A stretch of DNA of 64,000 nucleotides, taken from an uncultured Verrucomicrobiae bacterium. Lineage in GTDB: Bacteria; Verrucomicrobiota; Verrucomicrobiia; Chthoniobacterales; Terrimicrobiaceae. Each line of letters starts with the position of its first letter. The first letter of the stretch is position 1. The notes beneath the pieces were generated by a model, which had not been told where the DNA came from, made no database searches, and was given only the letters and a program-made list of their open reading frames with translations. A program made the position numbers and the translations under genes. This document shows, piece after piece, positions 38,583-48,888 of the stretch. The DNA is taken from contig CAVPOC010000008.1 of the NCBI GenBank assembly GCA_963706955.1, positions 416,001 through 480,000 on the forward strand, written 5' to 3'.

Positions 38583-41282
38583 ATGATTGATGCGCGGCAA
38601 GCAGGTATTGCGAAGACCGAGCGCTCTAAGAACCCGCGACCGGATGGCGACCATCTCTATCGGAACCTGCTCGAAGGCCTTCCCGCCGCATTTTATGCGA
38701 CCGATGCGGAGGGCTACCTGACGTTCTACAACCAGGCAGCTGCGGACCTTTGGGGTCGAAGGCCAAAGCTGGGCACGGATCGATGGTGCGGCTTCTGGAA
38801 GCTTTTTAGCGCGGACAGCACGCCGATGGCTCACGACACATGTCCCATGGCGATCGCGCTCAAGGAAAATCGTGTCGTCCGCTGCTCTGAGGTCCTTGCG
38901 GAGCGTCCCGATGGAACACGGGTAACCTTTATTCCGCATCCGACGCCAATCCGCGATGCAACCGGGCGCCTCATCGGCGCCACGAACATGTTGGTTGACA
39001 TCAGCGAACGCAAAAAGGCCGAGCGGGCGATGCAACAGCAGGCGGGTCTCATCGAACTTTCATTTGATGCAATTCTCGCCTGGCGGCAGCCCGGCGGTAT
39101 CGAGTTTTGGAACAAGGGAGCAACCACTCTCTACGGATTCGAAGCCTTTGAGGCTCTCGGCAAGGTTACACGCAATCTTCTCAAGACACGCCATCCGCGC
39201 CCCTGGGCAGAAATCGAGGCCGAACTGCGCGAACACGGCTTTTGGGAGGGCGAACTCCGACACATTACGAAAACAGGCGACGAGGTCTTCGTTGCATCGC
39301 GCTACCAACTGGTGTCTGACGAGGGCGACGGCATGCTGATTCTGGAAACGAATCGCGACGTCACCGGACGAAAACGAGCGCAAGCCGAGCTGAGCAAGGC
39401 ACAGCGGCAACTCGAGTCCGATCTTCATAACATGACCCTCCTCCATGAGGTCAGTATGCGCTTTGTCCAGCAAGACGACCTGCACGGCCTTCTTGACCAA
39501 ATTTTGGACGCCGCCATTGGCATTACCGGCGCTGACAAGGGAAGCATTCAGCTGCTGGAGGAAGACGGATGCACTCTCCGACTGACTGCGCAGCGGGGTC
39601 TCCCAAGGGATTTTCTCGACTTCTTCAGCCGCGTTCACAAAGGCCAGGGTGCTTGTGGAACTGTTCTCGAAACCGGGGAGCGTTTAACCGTCGGGGACGT
39701 GACAACCCATCCTCTCTTCGCTGGATTTTCAGCTTTGCGAGTCCTCTTGTCCGCAGGTTGCCGCGCCGTTCAATCAACCCCTCTTCTGACACGCTATGGC
39801 CATCTGGTGGGAATCCTCTCAACTTATAAGAGCACTGCCTGTCAGTTTGCGGAAAGAGACCTCCGACTACTGGATCTCTTGGCACGTCAGGCGGCTGACT
39901 TTATCGAGCGTTTCCAAAGCGATGAGAGACTGAACCAAAGTCGCCAACAGCTGCAGGGGATTCTGGAGTCTGCGATGGATGCGATCATCAGCACTGATGC
40001 GCAACAGCGAGTCATCCTATTCAACACTGCCGCTGAGCATGTCTTTCGATGCCCCGCGAGCGAGGCGATGGGAACGTCGATTGAACGCTTCATTCCCAAG
40101 CGATTTCGAGCCGAAGTCGTCCGGCAGATGCGCCGCTTTCGCCAGACGCGCGGAAGTAATCGGAGCCTGGGAACCATCTTCGGATTGCGCGCCGACGGCG
40201 AGGAGTTTCCGATCGAGGCTTCCATCTCGCAGATTCACCTTGGCGGAGAGCACATCTACACGATCATCCTGCGTGATATTACCGATCGCATCCGCGAGGA
40301 GGCTATCTTGCGTCGACAGGTTGAACTTCTTCACCTCTCCCACGATGCGATCTTTGCCTGGAGTGAGGATGAGGGCATCCAGTTCTGGAGCAAGGGTGCT
40401 GCGCAGCTCTATGGGTATGCCTCAAGCGAGGTGCTTGGAGTGGCGCCGCGGGTCCTTTTCAGCCACACCGCCACTCCGTGGTCGGAAATGGAAGCGGAGC
40501 TCCACGAACGCAGACTTTGGCAAGGAGAGTTGCACCGGACGACCAAGGCTGGGCGGGCGGTGATTGTATCTTCTCGACTTCAACTTGTCCCAGCGAGCGG
40601 CGCGGCAACGGTCATCCTCGAAACAGATCGCGACATCACCGAGCGGCGCCGACTGGAACAGGAGGTCTTGGAGATTCTCGGCGCTGAACAGCGACGTATC
40701 GGCCAAGACCTTCACGATGGGCTTTGCCAGCACCTGGCAGGAATTGAGTTTCGAGCGGCTGTGCTCGCTGATCAACTTGCGACTGTGCCTGAGGCGCAGC
40801 GAGAAATTACCAAGATCGGCGAGCTGATTCGGGAGGGAGCCCGGCAGGCGAGAATGCTTTCGCGCGGCCTATCTCCCGTCAGCCTCGAGGCGGAGGGTTT
40901 GATGGCCGCGCTTAAGGAGTTGACCGAGAGCTCTGGCGATCTGTTCGGAAATTCTTGCCGGTTTCAGTGCACCAAGCCGGTCGCAGTTCGCGACAACGTT
41001 GTTGCCACACATCTCTACCGCATCGCTCAGGAAGCCGTTAGTAATGCCGCGCGGCATGGCCGCGCTAGAAGCATAGTCGTCGCGCTGGAGAGAACAACGA
41101 GCGGCATCCAATTGAGCATCAGAGACGATGGTTCGGGATTTCGTGTTTCCCCGAACCGAGCGGGAGGCATGGGTTTACACATCATGCGCTATCGCGCGGA
41201 ATTGATCGGAGCAACGCTCACGATCGACGTTGGTAAGGGCTCGGGAGCGCGAGTTACATGTCTGCTCGCCGACAAACGATAA
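38583..41282 (+). CDS. Soluble sensor histidine kinase, PAS-PAS-GAF-PAS-PAS-HisKA_3-HATPase
   Basis: Four PAS/PAC units ending in D(I/V)(S/T), one GAF, 'EQRRIGQDLHDGLCQ', 'QEAVSNAARH', 'DDGSGF', 'GMGL'. Confidence 0.92.
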   Translation: MIDARQAGIAKTERSKNPRPDGDHLYRNLLEGLPAAFYATDAEGYLTFYNQAAADLWGRRPKLGTDRWCGFWKLFSADSTPMAHDTCPMAIALKENRVVRCSEVLAERPDGTRVTFIPHPTPIRDATGRLIGATNMLVDISERKKAERAMQQQAGLIELSFDAILAWRQPGGIEFWNKGATTLYGFEAFEALGKVTRNLLKTRHPRPWAEIEAELREHGFWEGELRHITKTGDEVFVASRYQLVSDEGDGMLILETNRDVTGRKRAQAELSKAQRQLESDLHNMTLLHEVSMRFVQQDDLHGLLDQILDAAIGITGADKGSIQLLEEDGCTLRLTAQRGLPRDFLDFFSRVHKGQGACGTVLETGERLTVGDVTTHPLFAGFSALRVLLSAGCRAVQSTPLLTRYGHLVGILSTYKSTACQFAERDLRLLDLLARQAADFIERFQSDERLNQSRQQLQGILESAMDAIISTDAQQRVILFNTAAEHVFRCPASEAMGTSIERFIPKRFRAEVVRQMRRFRQTRGSNRSLGTIFGLRADGEEFPIEASISQIHLGGEHIYTIILRDITDRIREEAILRRQVELLHLSHDAIFAWSEDEGIQFWSKGAAQLYGYASSEVLGVAPRVLFSHTATPWSEMEAELHERRLWQGELHRTTKAGRAVIVSSRLQLVPASGAATVILETDRDITERRRLEQEVLEILGAEQRRIGQDLHDGLCQHLAGIEFRAAVLADQLATVPEAQREITKIGELIREGARQARMLSRGLSPVSLEAEGLMAALKELTESSGDLFGNSCRFQCTKPVAVRDNVVATHLYRIAQEAVSNAARHGRARSIVVALERTTSGIQLSIRDDGSGFRVSPNRAGGMGLHIMRYRAELIGATLTIDVGKGSGARVTCLLADKR

Positions 41283-41980
41283 TACACGCCGAGCCAAGCT
41301 CGAATAAAACGCGCGTCCTGATCGTGGACGATCATCCGATGACGCGGAGCGGCCTTGCTTATCTTATCAATCATCAACCTGACATGGCGACCTGTTGTGA
41401 GGCGCAAAATGCCGCGGAAGCCCTCGAAGGCGTTCTCAGGACAAAGCCAGATCTTGTGCTAACAGATTTTGCTCTCCCCGACAAAAACGGCTTGGAACTC
41501 ATTAAAGATATCCGGGCGGTTCGACCGGATCTCCCCATTCTTGTTATTTCGATGCATGAGGAGTCGCTCTATGCGGAACGGGTGCTGCGAGCGGGAGCAC
41601 GCGGCTACATCACCAAGGAAGAAGGCGGCGAGCGACTGATGCGGGCGATACGTCACGTGCTAAGTGGGACCATTTATGTCAGCGACAAGATGTCTGCGCA
41701 GATCTTGGAAACCTTCTCGGGAGGACCGTCGCGGCAACAACGTTCGCTCGTGGAGAATCTCACTGATCGGGAGTTCGAGATTTTTGAACTTTTTGGCCAA
41801 GGCTTGTCCACACAGCAGATTGCCACCCAGCTTAGTGTCAGCATGAAGACCGTTAGCGCGCACCGCGCCAACATGAAGGAGAAGCTTCAACTGCGCACAA
41901 CCAACGAGTTGATCGCTTACGCCGCGCGGTGGACCGCCTCACGGGTTCGTAGACACAGCCCCGTGAAGGACAAGGTCTAG
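41258..41980 (+). CDS. NarL/LuxR-family response regulator
   Basis: 'LIVDDHP', 'DLVLTD', 'GARGYITK', 'LTDREFEIF', 'KTVSAHRANMKEKL'. Confidence 0.93.
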   Translation: MSARRQTIIHAEPSSNKTRVLIVDDHPMTRSGLAYLINHQPDMATCCEAQNAAEALEGVLRTKPDLVLTDFALPDKNGLELIKDIRAVRPDLPILVISMHEESLYAERVLRAGARGYITKEEGGERLMRAIRHVLSGTIYVSDKMSAQILETFSGGPSRQQRSLVENLTDREFEIFELFGQGLSTQQIATQLSVSMKTVSAHRANMKEKLQLRTTNELIAYAARWTASRVRRHSPVKDKV

Positions 41981-42102
41981 GCAAAATTCCTAGTTCCTTA
42001 GGTGGATGGCTTAGAAGCGAAGTAGCTTCGTGCCGATTGTCGATACCGCGACGAACAAATAAGTTCGCTGTTGTGAATGTAGAGGTCGTCACCCTTCCAC
42101 GC

Positions 42103-42549
42103 ATGAGCCGACGTCGAAAAAGTCTTCCCTCTTTTACGACGGTTCTTCTTTATGAAGATTTGAATTTCGGGGTGCGCGCCTGGGATTTTTACGAACAGCT
42201 GACTGGCAAGTTCGCGAGGGATTTCGAGTTCAGCCATTTGATGTGGAGTTTTTCTATCTTGGGTGAATCCGAAACTTTCGAGTTGTCTGCTCGCTCGGCC
42301 GCTGACGCACACCTGCTCATTCTGTCGTTCGCCGGCAGCACGCACTTGCCACGGACAGTCAAGGACTGGGTCGAACGGTGGGTGCGGATCGCCAGGCACA
42401 AGCCGGCGTTGGTGACGCTGACGGATCAAAAAGCAACCGGTAGACGGGGCACGGCTACGAATTCCTACTTGCAGAAGATGATGGCATCTCACGGGATTGA
42501 CTTTTTCCCGCATGGGGCTTCCGCCCTGCGTGTGCTGCATCTGGAGTGA
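42103..42549 (+). CDS. Hypothetical protein (possible degenerate receiver-like fold)
   Basis: Alternating beta/alpha pattern 'VLLYED...LMWSF...AHLLILSF...ALVTL'; follows the response regulator. Confidence 0.55.
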   Translation: MSRRRKSLPSFTTVLLYEDLNFGVRAWDFYEQLTGKFARDFEFSHLMWSFSILGESETFELSARSAADAHLLILSFAGSTHLPRTVKDWVERWVRIARHKPALVTLTDQKATGRRGTATNSYLQKMMASHGIDFFPHGASALRVLHLE

Positions 42550-42611
42550 TCGGCTCAGGAGGAAGTTGCGGTCGACTCTGGAAAGAGGCTCTCCCTGAAA
42601 ACGTTGTGACG

Positions 42612-42956
42612 GCCACGCTGTTGCATGCGATTTGAACCGCCTCCCTACGCGATGGACCTCAGCTACATCCCGGGAGCGAGGGGTTTCCTACTGCATCAAT
42701 CAAGAAAGAACTCGAAGAATTGGGAAACAGAATGATCGAACCGGAACTTCTCCAGGACGTGCTTGTCCAGGTGGGAAGCGCCTTTGAGGTCCTTACGAAC
42801 ATCGCCCGTGATTACGAAGTCGATGTGATTGTTCTGACAACCCATGGCAAGATCGGTCTTAAGCGCGTGTTCGTGGGGAGCACTGTCGAACGCGTCGTGC
42901 GGCACGCGCCTTGCCCGGTCTTGGTCGTGCGGAAGCACGAGCAAGAGTTCGTTTAG
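42612..42956 (+). pseudogene. Universal stress protein remnant
   Basis: Intact C-terminus 'DVIVLTTHGKIGLKRVFVGSTVERVVRHAPCPVLVVR'; upstream USP-like pieces 'ATLLHAI' and 'EPPPYAMDLSY' are in other frames; no N-terminus found. Confidence 0.75.
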
Positions 42957-43023
42957 AATAAATCGCGTAGCGGCCAGGGCGAAAGTTACGGCGCAATCTA
43001 ACGAAAAACAGATCTTTGCGAGC

Positions 43024-43839
43024 TCAAGGCCGTTTGCGTTCTGCCAGCAGTTGCAGGGTCTCCTTAATGGCACTGGCATCGACGGCGAGCGCCAGAGGAA
43101 ACCGCTCGCGACGTGCTGTCGAGAGACGTTCGACTACCATTCCGACGACTTGAGGTTTCCCGTGCTTGGAGAGCCGAAAGACAGGCCCGCCACTGTCTCC
43201 AGGATAGACATCTCCATTAATCAGGAAACTGCGCAGTCCAAAGAGACTTTGGTCGAGGGAAGCAACATTGCCCGAGCGGAGGACTGGAAACATCCCCAAG
43301 GATGTGCTCTGCCCCTCAGGAAATCCGACGAAGGCGACCTCCTCGCCCGCCCGCGGATCTTCACCGCTGTCGAGATTCTTCTCCTCCAGGAGGGTTAAGA
43401 GAAGCGGCACCTGCATGCCGACCGGAAATCGCACCCTGAAGGCAGCCACGTCCAACCGGGGATGCTTGACATAGAATGGAACTCCCTTCCGCCTTGGGAC
43501 TACTTCCAGAAGAGCCACGGAGAGATTTCCCGCCGCATCGAATCCTCGCAGCGGCATGTAAATCGCGCCTCGGCCGGCCGAACTGACCAAATGGGTGGAG
43601 GTGACCATAACCGGCACCACACCACCTCGCGCCCGCTTATCCTTCATGGCTACGAGGAAACCGGTGCCGAATGCCCTTCGCGAAGCCAAAGGATAGGTCG
43701 AGAGGATCATCGTCTCAGTAGGATTGAGACCACTCTTTCCCAGTGTGGTGCAGCCGATATCCGAAAGGGCTGCGACTAATAAGACCGCCATGACCGCTGT
43801 CCGAGCCGGTCGGCGACAGCGTTGTATCTGGAAACTCAT
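43024..43839 (-). CDS. Trypsin-like serine protease, possible lipoprotein
   Basis: 'GTGFLV', 'VTSTHL', 'DVAAF', 'PGDSGGPV'; hydrophobic N-terminus ending 'IGC'. Confidence 0.8.
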   Translation of the reverse strand: MSFQIQRCRRPARTAVMAVLLVAALSDIGCTTLGKSGLNPTETMILSTYPLASRRAFGTGFLVAMKDKRARGGVVPVMVTSTHLVSSAGRGAIYMPLRGFDAAGNLSVALLEVVPRRKGVPFYVKHPRLDVAAFRVRFPVGMQVPLLLTLLEEKNLDSGEDPRAGEEVAFVGFPEGQSTSLGMFPVLRSGNVASLDQSLFGLRSFLINGDVYPGDSGGPVFRLSKHGKPQVVGMVVERLSTARRERFPLALAVDASAIKETLQLLAERKRP

Positions 43840-43915
43840 TTTGTCCTTTCCCCGTCTTTCACTCCCGCCGGAGAATCTCTCCACTGCCGGAAGGCCCTCC
43901 TGAAATCGATAGTGT

Positions 43916-44419
43916 TCAAGATTCCCTCCGCCATTCGACCCGTGCGAAATATCCCTCCTTATCGTAGCGAATCTCAAGTTCGCCCTTGTAGGCATCGCGA
44001 AGTGCTTCAGCGATGCGGTGAGGAAGATGAATGTCGGTGGTCGTAATGACGATCGAATCCGAACGCTGGTCGATTCTCATGATTCGGTTGAGGGGGTGGT
44101 CCTGCTTCTCTTGAGACTCGTTATTTCGAATCAGAGAAAGGAGATCGTTCCTGTGGCCGGCAACGAAGCCTCCACTCAACGTAATGATCCCAGCCGGATA
44201 CTGATCGCGGATCCGGCGACACGCCTGACAGATGTGACGATGAGCGCCGTCTGCTTGTGACGTCATCCACCGCCAACGCCCGTCCTGATACATCGCTCCA
44301 CAGACCGGGCATACCGTGGGTTCGGGTAGTTTGGAGGGACTTTGGTAAGGGTCGTGAACATGTTCGTGTATTAGCCGGTCTTTTCGTGTCGTCCCAGCGC
44401 TATTGGGTCTTTGAGGCAT
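43916..44419 (-). CDS. BCAM0308-like protein (two CxxC motifs)
   Basis: 'HDPY', 'CPVCGA..QDGRWRW', 'CQACRRIRDQYPAG', 'HPLNRIM', 'TTTDIHL'. Confidence 0.75.
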   Translation of the reverse strand: MPQRPNSAGTTRKDRLIHEHVHDPYQSPSKLPEPTVCPVCGAMYQDGRWRWMTSQADGAHRHICQACRRIRDQYPAGIITLSGGFVAGHRNDLLSLIRNNESQEKQDHPLNRIMRIDQRSDSIVITTTDIHLPHRIAEALRDAYKGELEIRYDKEGYFARVEWRRES

Positions 44420-44593
44420 TGCAAGGTGACCTTGAAAGGCGAGGCAGCTCTATTCCATCAACTGGTTCGCTCTCAGGTTAACTCGAAGGATGTGTGGCGC
44501 TCGCCACAAAGTCAATCAGCTCGCGCATTTTATCCGTAGCGGTGCTGGTTTTGGGCGGCCAGCAGGGAAAAACTGGCATCTTTCTTCGTCTTT

Positions 44594-45961
44594 TTAACCC
44601 TTAACGCAGACCAGTGGCTCGACGCGGGCGACCAACTTTGCCAGACGCGCCTCGACGGCACTCTCGACGACGAGCGTCACGTCCTTGTACGCTCCGGGCG
44701 CCTCCTCTGCGATTTCACGCATCGACTTGCATCGGACGAGAATGCCCCGGCTGGCGAGCTCGTTGACTATCTGGCGCCCTTGCCACTTGCGTGCGGCCTC
44801 ATGCCGGCTCATGGCCCGACCTGCGCCGTGAATAGCCGAGCTGAAGGCGTCGCCTTCGCTCGGTTTGCTGCCGGCCAGAATAAACGACGAGGTGCCCATG
44901 CTGCCGCCAATCAATACCGGTTGGCCGACGTTCTGAAACTCAGCAGGCAACTGGGGATGGGCAGGGCCGAAAGCGCGTGTCGCGCCTTTTCTGTGAACGT
45001 AAAGGTCCACGAACCTGCTGCCGAGCGTGTGCCGCTCCGTCTTGCAGGTATTATGCGAGACGTCGTAGAGCAGCTTGAGTTCGGCTTCAGGAAATAACCG
45101 CCGGAAGACCTGTCGTGCGAGATGAGCTATCATCTGCCGATTCGCCAGAGCGCAGTTGATGCCGGCTCTCATAGCCCCCAAATACCTTTCAGCAAGCTCT
45201 GAATGAATGGGGGCTGAGGCCAATTCACGATCAGGAAATGTCCTGCCGAGTCGGTCCGCCTCAGCATTCATCTCGCGCAGGTAGTCGGTTCCGATTTGGT
45301 GACCGAGCCCGCGGGATCCACAGTGAATCGTAACGACCACCTCGTCCTCGTGAAGGCCAAAGACGGCGGCAATATCGTGATCAAAGATCTCCACGATTTT
45401 TTGGACTTCGAGATAATGGTTGCCCGAACCCAATGTTCCCATCTGGTCGCGTTGGCGGCGCTTGGCTTCGCTCGAGACGTGTTTGGGAGCAGCCCCTTGA
45501 ATGCATCCGCCCTCCTCGATTCGGTTCAGGTCCGCCGGAGTTCCATATCCCCGATCCACCGCCCATTTCGCTCCGCCAAGGAGCATGGCGTCGATGCCAT
45601 CCGCCTCCATTCGGATCGATCCGCCCCCGCCAAGCCCCGCTGGGATTTCGCGCGCCAGCGCATCGGCGACCCTTTGCAGCGTCCGCTGGATAGTCTCGCC
45701 GTTTAGACCTGTCAGCAACGTGCGCACTCCGCATGAAATATCGAAGCCGACACCGCCCGCGGAAACGACTCCGCCGTTATCCGCATCGAAAGCCGCTACA
45801 CCACCAACTGGAAACCCGTAGCCTGAATGAGCATCCGGCATCACAAAGACGCTTTGCTGGATGCCCGGCAATGCAGCTACGTTTGACGCTTGCACCCACA
45901 CCCTTTCATCCATTCGAGACACGAGAACTTCGCTGCCAAAAATCACGACAGGCACCCGCAT
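44594..45961 (-). CDS. rtcB: RtcB-family RNA ligase; true start probably 46025 across a 1-nt frameshift
   Basis: 'MPDAHSGYGFPVGGV', 'GFDISCG', 'GTLGSGNHYLE', 'HCGSRG', 'HRKGAT', 'HGAGR', 'EEAPGAYK'. Confidence 0.93.
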   Translation of the reverse strand: MRVPVVIFGSEVLVSRMDERVWVQASNVAALPGIQQSVFVMPDAHSGYGFPVGGVAAFDADNGGVVSAGGVGFDISCGVRTLLTGLNGETIQRTLQRVADALAREIPAGLGGGGSIRMEADGIDAMLLGGAKWAVDRGYGTPADLNRIEEGGCIQGAAPKHVSSEAKRRQRDQMGTLGSGNHYLEVQKIVEIFDHDIAAVFGLHEDEVVVTIHCGSRGLGHQIGTDYLREMNAEADRLGRTFPDRELASAPIHSELAERYLGAMRAGINCALANRQMIAHLARQVFRRLFPEAELKLLYDVSHNTCKTERHTLGSRFVDLYVHRKGATRAFGPAHPQLPAEFQNVGQPVLIGGSMGTSSFILAGSKPSEGDAFSSAIHGAGRAMSRHEAARKWQGRQIVNELASRGILVRCKSMREIAEEAPGAYKDVTLVVESAVEARLAKLVARVEPLVCVKG

Positions 45962-46109
45962 CGCGCCCGTCGGTTCGATGACCCAGCTCCATTCAGTTCG
46001 TCGCGTTAGTCTTGAGAGTTATCATCTCAAGAGCGCCATGAGCGCCTTCAAACCCAACTCCTGTCTATAGTGCCAAAATCGACGCGGAGCGACTTTTCAC
46101 AAGCGAGAT

Positions 46110-46628
46110 TCAATCACCATCAGAATCGTGGCGCGCGCGGCCAAGGCGCCCGAGCTGCGCCGGTGCGATAGTTCCAGCCCGCTCCAGGCGAGTGGCCACT
46201 TCCGTGCAATAGCGAGTCCAAGGAAGCACCCTGAGACGGCCTGCGGGGATCGGCTTGCCGGTTTGCTCGCAGATCCCGTATTTTCCCCTCAGAATGCGGT
46301 TCATGGCTGCTTCCACCTCATAGAGCGCATCCTGGTCAACGGAGAGCCGGCTGAGCGCGAGCTCATGGTCAAACTCGTCCGTGGCAGAATCGGCCTGACT
46401 CATATTGTGAATTTCCAATGGCTGAGCGACTTCGTTCAGTCGTTCCTTCCGCTCTGCGAGCAACCGTTCGCGAAGCGACGAAAGCTTTTCATAGTGCCAG
46501 ACCCAGCGCTTGGGAATCTCGGCATCTTGCTTTCCGACCGGAAGTGACTTTGCCGCTGACCTGCGTCGAGTCTTGCGGGCGGCTCTCCGTTTCCCCCGCC
46601 GATCCGCTTTAATCCTTCGAGCCTTCAC
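46110..46628 (-). CDS. TraR/DksA family regulator
   Basis: Coiled coil with 'ADSATDEFD', 'EVEAAMNRI..GKYGICEQTGKPIPAGRL..LPWTRYC'. Confidence 0.85.
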   Translation of the reverse strand: MKARRIKADRRGKRRAARKTRRRSAAKSLPVGKQDAEIPKRWVWHYEKLSSLRERLLAERKERLNEVAQPLEIHNMSQADSATDEFDHELALSRLSVDQDALYEVEAAMNRILRGKYGICEQTGKPIPAGRLRVLPWTRYCTEVATRLERAGTIAPAQLGRLGRARHDSDGD

Positions 46629-46639
46629 GGCAATCGCAC

Positions 46640-46804
46640 TCAGCTCTTTCTGGCCGTCTTGGCAAAGAAGGGCTCAATGATCTTCTCCAAATCGTTGCTT
46701 TGACATTTCGGACACAAAACTTTCCTGGTCTCATGTTCCTTCATGGTCATGACCTCGGAAATTTTCTCTCCGCATTTGCGACAGGAATATTCGTAAACGG
46801 GCAT
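46640..46804 (-). CDS. FmdB-family zinc ribbon protein (54 aa, absent from the ORF track)
   Basis: Hand translation MPVYEYSCRKCGEKISEVMTMKEHETRKVLCPKCQSNDLEKIIEPFFAKTARKS. Confidence 0.88.
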   Translation of the reverse strand: MPVYEYSCRKCGEKISEVMTMKEHETRKVLCPKCQSNDLEKIIEPFFAKTARKS

Positions 46805-47057
46805 ACTTCTTCCAGGTTAAGGTGAGTTCTCTGCCAAAGATACCACGATGTGCGGCTCTTTCCATCCTTTGGCGGAGCCCTCGTGCTCGAAAGCTGATTA
46901 GACGCGGCCCTCGACCGTGGGGACATGGTCGCTAAAACTCCCTCGGCGATGAGGACATCGCCGCTCCAATTTTATCATGCGGCCGCGTCTGAAGGTGCGC
47001 GAATGCGGCTAACTGGAAGCAACCACGACCACCGGAGCGGCGGCGGGACAGCACTCT

Positions 47058-48638
47058 TTAGGCGTTCGGTTGACTTCTTTGCTGCAATGTTGCGAGCAAT
47101 GCGGTTAACGACGGGTCTTTCCCGGTTTCAGCGACCATCGCCAAGCCAGCCATCTGCTCGTCAGTGAGATCGGGCGACGTGATGTTACCGAAGCTGGAAG
47201 CCGCGGCCAGAATCTCTTGGGCCGCATCTGGGGACCGCCCGTGTCCGTCGAGTCTAAACTGCGAAGATGCCAAAGGGCCAAAGAGCAGAGCCTTGGAAAG
47301 GTCTGGATGTTCATCTAGTGCGGGAGAAACACCGGCTTCATCCGACAGCATGATGGCCATCTCGTGGAACAGTGTCTCATCGTGAATCTTTTTCCATTCC
47401 TGAAATTCTCGAATCCCCTTCATCATTCTTTCGCCGGTTGGCAACGGCCTGATTCCACCCCACACCATAGCGACCCACCGCGCCTGAAGTTCCAGCACCG
47501 GAAAGTATGGCCCAATTTGCACATAGAGACCGACAAAAGCCAGATTGGGGAAGCGCGGATGAAACGTATGGCGGTACAAGTCAATGTGCTTGCCATCTGC
47601 ATTGATGATCTGCCGAATATCCTGCGCCAAGAATGGCAAGTTCAAGTCGTATCCCGTCGCGAAAACAATCGCGCCAATCCTCTCACTGGTTCCGTCCTCA
47701 AAAACAGCAGTTTCCTCGGTTAGTTCCAGCACTCTTGTTTTCGGAAGGATTCTGCCTTCCGCCACCTGGGCCAGGTAGGACTGACTCATCGCGATGTTTG
47801 CCTCGAAGATGTTGTCTGCAGGTTTCAGACCGCCATACTGTTCAGGACTGCCGCAGTGCTTGACGATGATTTCCTTGAGTCCTTTCGCCACCTTTTCCGC
47901 CGGAAGGACGCGATTAAGCATCACGCCAAAGCGGGTAAAGTGCGCGCAATCTGACGGCACGCCGGCAAATATTTTGGTCATTATGTAGCGGGGCTTGCGG
48001 CAAGAGGAAATCACCCTGACTGTCGGATCCGTCGCCAGTTCACTGGCGACTTCCAATCCGCTAATGCTGTTGCCGATCACCAGCACTCGCCTGTCGCGGA
48101 ATCTCTCGTTGTCGCGATAGTCGAAGGTGTGCGAGATCGGGCCTTTGAATCTCTCGGTGCCTTTGAGGCGGGGAATCCGCGGTTTATTAAAACGTCCCGA
48201 AGCGACTAGAACGTATGAGAAGACTTCGGCCTCGCGGCGTTCTCCCTGCGAGGTCGACTCGACAAGCCAGCCTCCATCATCGACGCGCGATACCCTTTCG
48301 ACCCTGCTATGGAGCCTGATACGTTTATTTAGATCGAAATGCTTGGCGTACTTCAGCAGGTAAGCATGAGCTTGTTGATTGGTAAGGAACATCGGCAAAT
48401 CCTCCTCAAGAGGAAGGCCCGAAAAGCACATTGTAACTTTGCTGGTATTGGCCCGCATGGTTGGCCACACCCCGCTGTGCGCTGCCGGGGCATTCCACTG
48501 TCCGCCGATGTTCGAGCTTTGTTCAAAGACGGTCGGTTGAAGACCTTCTTCAAGCAGCGATTTGGCCGCCACAAGTCCGGCAGGACCACCGCCAATGACG
48601 GCGACTCGCCGGTGGCTTTCTCTCTGTTGCATATTCAT
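47058..48638 (-). CDS. Flavin-containing monooxygenase (FMO family)
   Basis: 'VIGGGPAG', FMO motif 'FKGPISHTFDY', 'VIGNSISG', 'FATGY'. Confidence 0.9.
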   Translation of the reverse strand: MNMQQRESHRRVAVIGGGPAGLVAAKSLLEEGLQPTVFEQSSNIGGQWNAPAAHSGVWPTMRANTSKVTMCFSGLPLEEDLPMFLTNQQAHAYLLKYAKHFDLNKRIRLHSRVERVSRVDDGGWLVESTSQGERREAEVFSYVLVASGRFNKPRIPRLKGTERFKGPISHTFDYRDNERFRDRRVLVIGNSISGLEVASELATDPTVRVISSCRKPRYIMTKIFAGVPSDCAHFTRFGVMLNRVLPAEKVAKGLKEIIVKHCGSPEQYGGLKPADNIFEANIAMSQSYLAQVAEGRILPKTRVLELTEETAVFEDGTSERIGAIVFATGYDLNLPFLAQDIRQIINADGKHIDLYRHTFHPRFPNLAFVGLYVQIGPYFPVLELQARWVAMVWGGIRPLPTGERMMKGIREFQEWKKIHDETLFHEMAIMLSDEAGVSPALDEHPDLSKALLFGPLASSQFRLDGHGRSPDAAQEILAAASSFGNITSPDLTDEQMAGLAMVAETGKDPSLTALLATLQQRSQPNA

Positions 48639-48888
48639 TGTAAGTAGCAATTTTCACTTGGCCTGCAGGCCCGACAACAAAACCCCAGCTGCAGGATCGT
48701 TTCGATCATGCGTGCAGCTTCCTTCAACTGACAACTTGTTCGTCATCCTCGCCTAACCGCCTCCCGTTTTGGCTTCAAGTCCGGATTCGCAATGGCGGGG
48801 GGCCCATTTCGGCATAGTTTGTTTGGGAACACCTGCTGCGAGAGAGGATTCGCCCAACCCAGGGGATCGAACAACCTGCTGAAGGACA

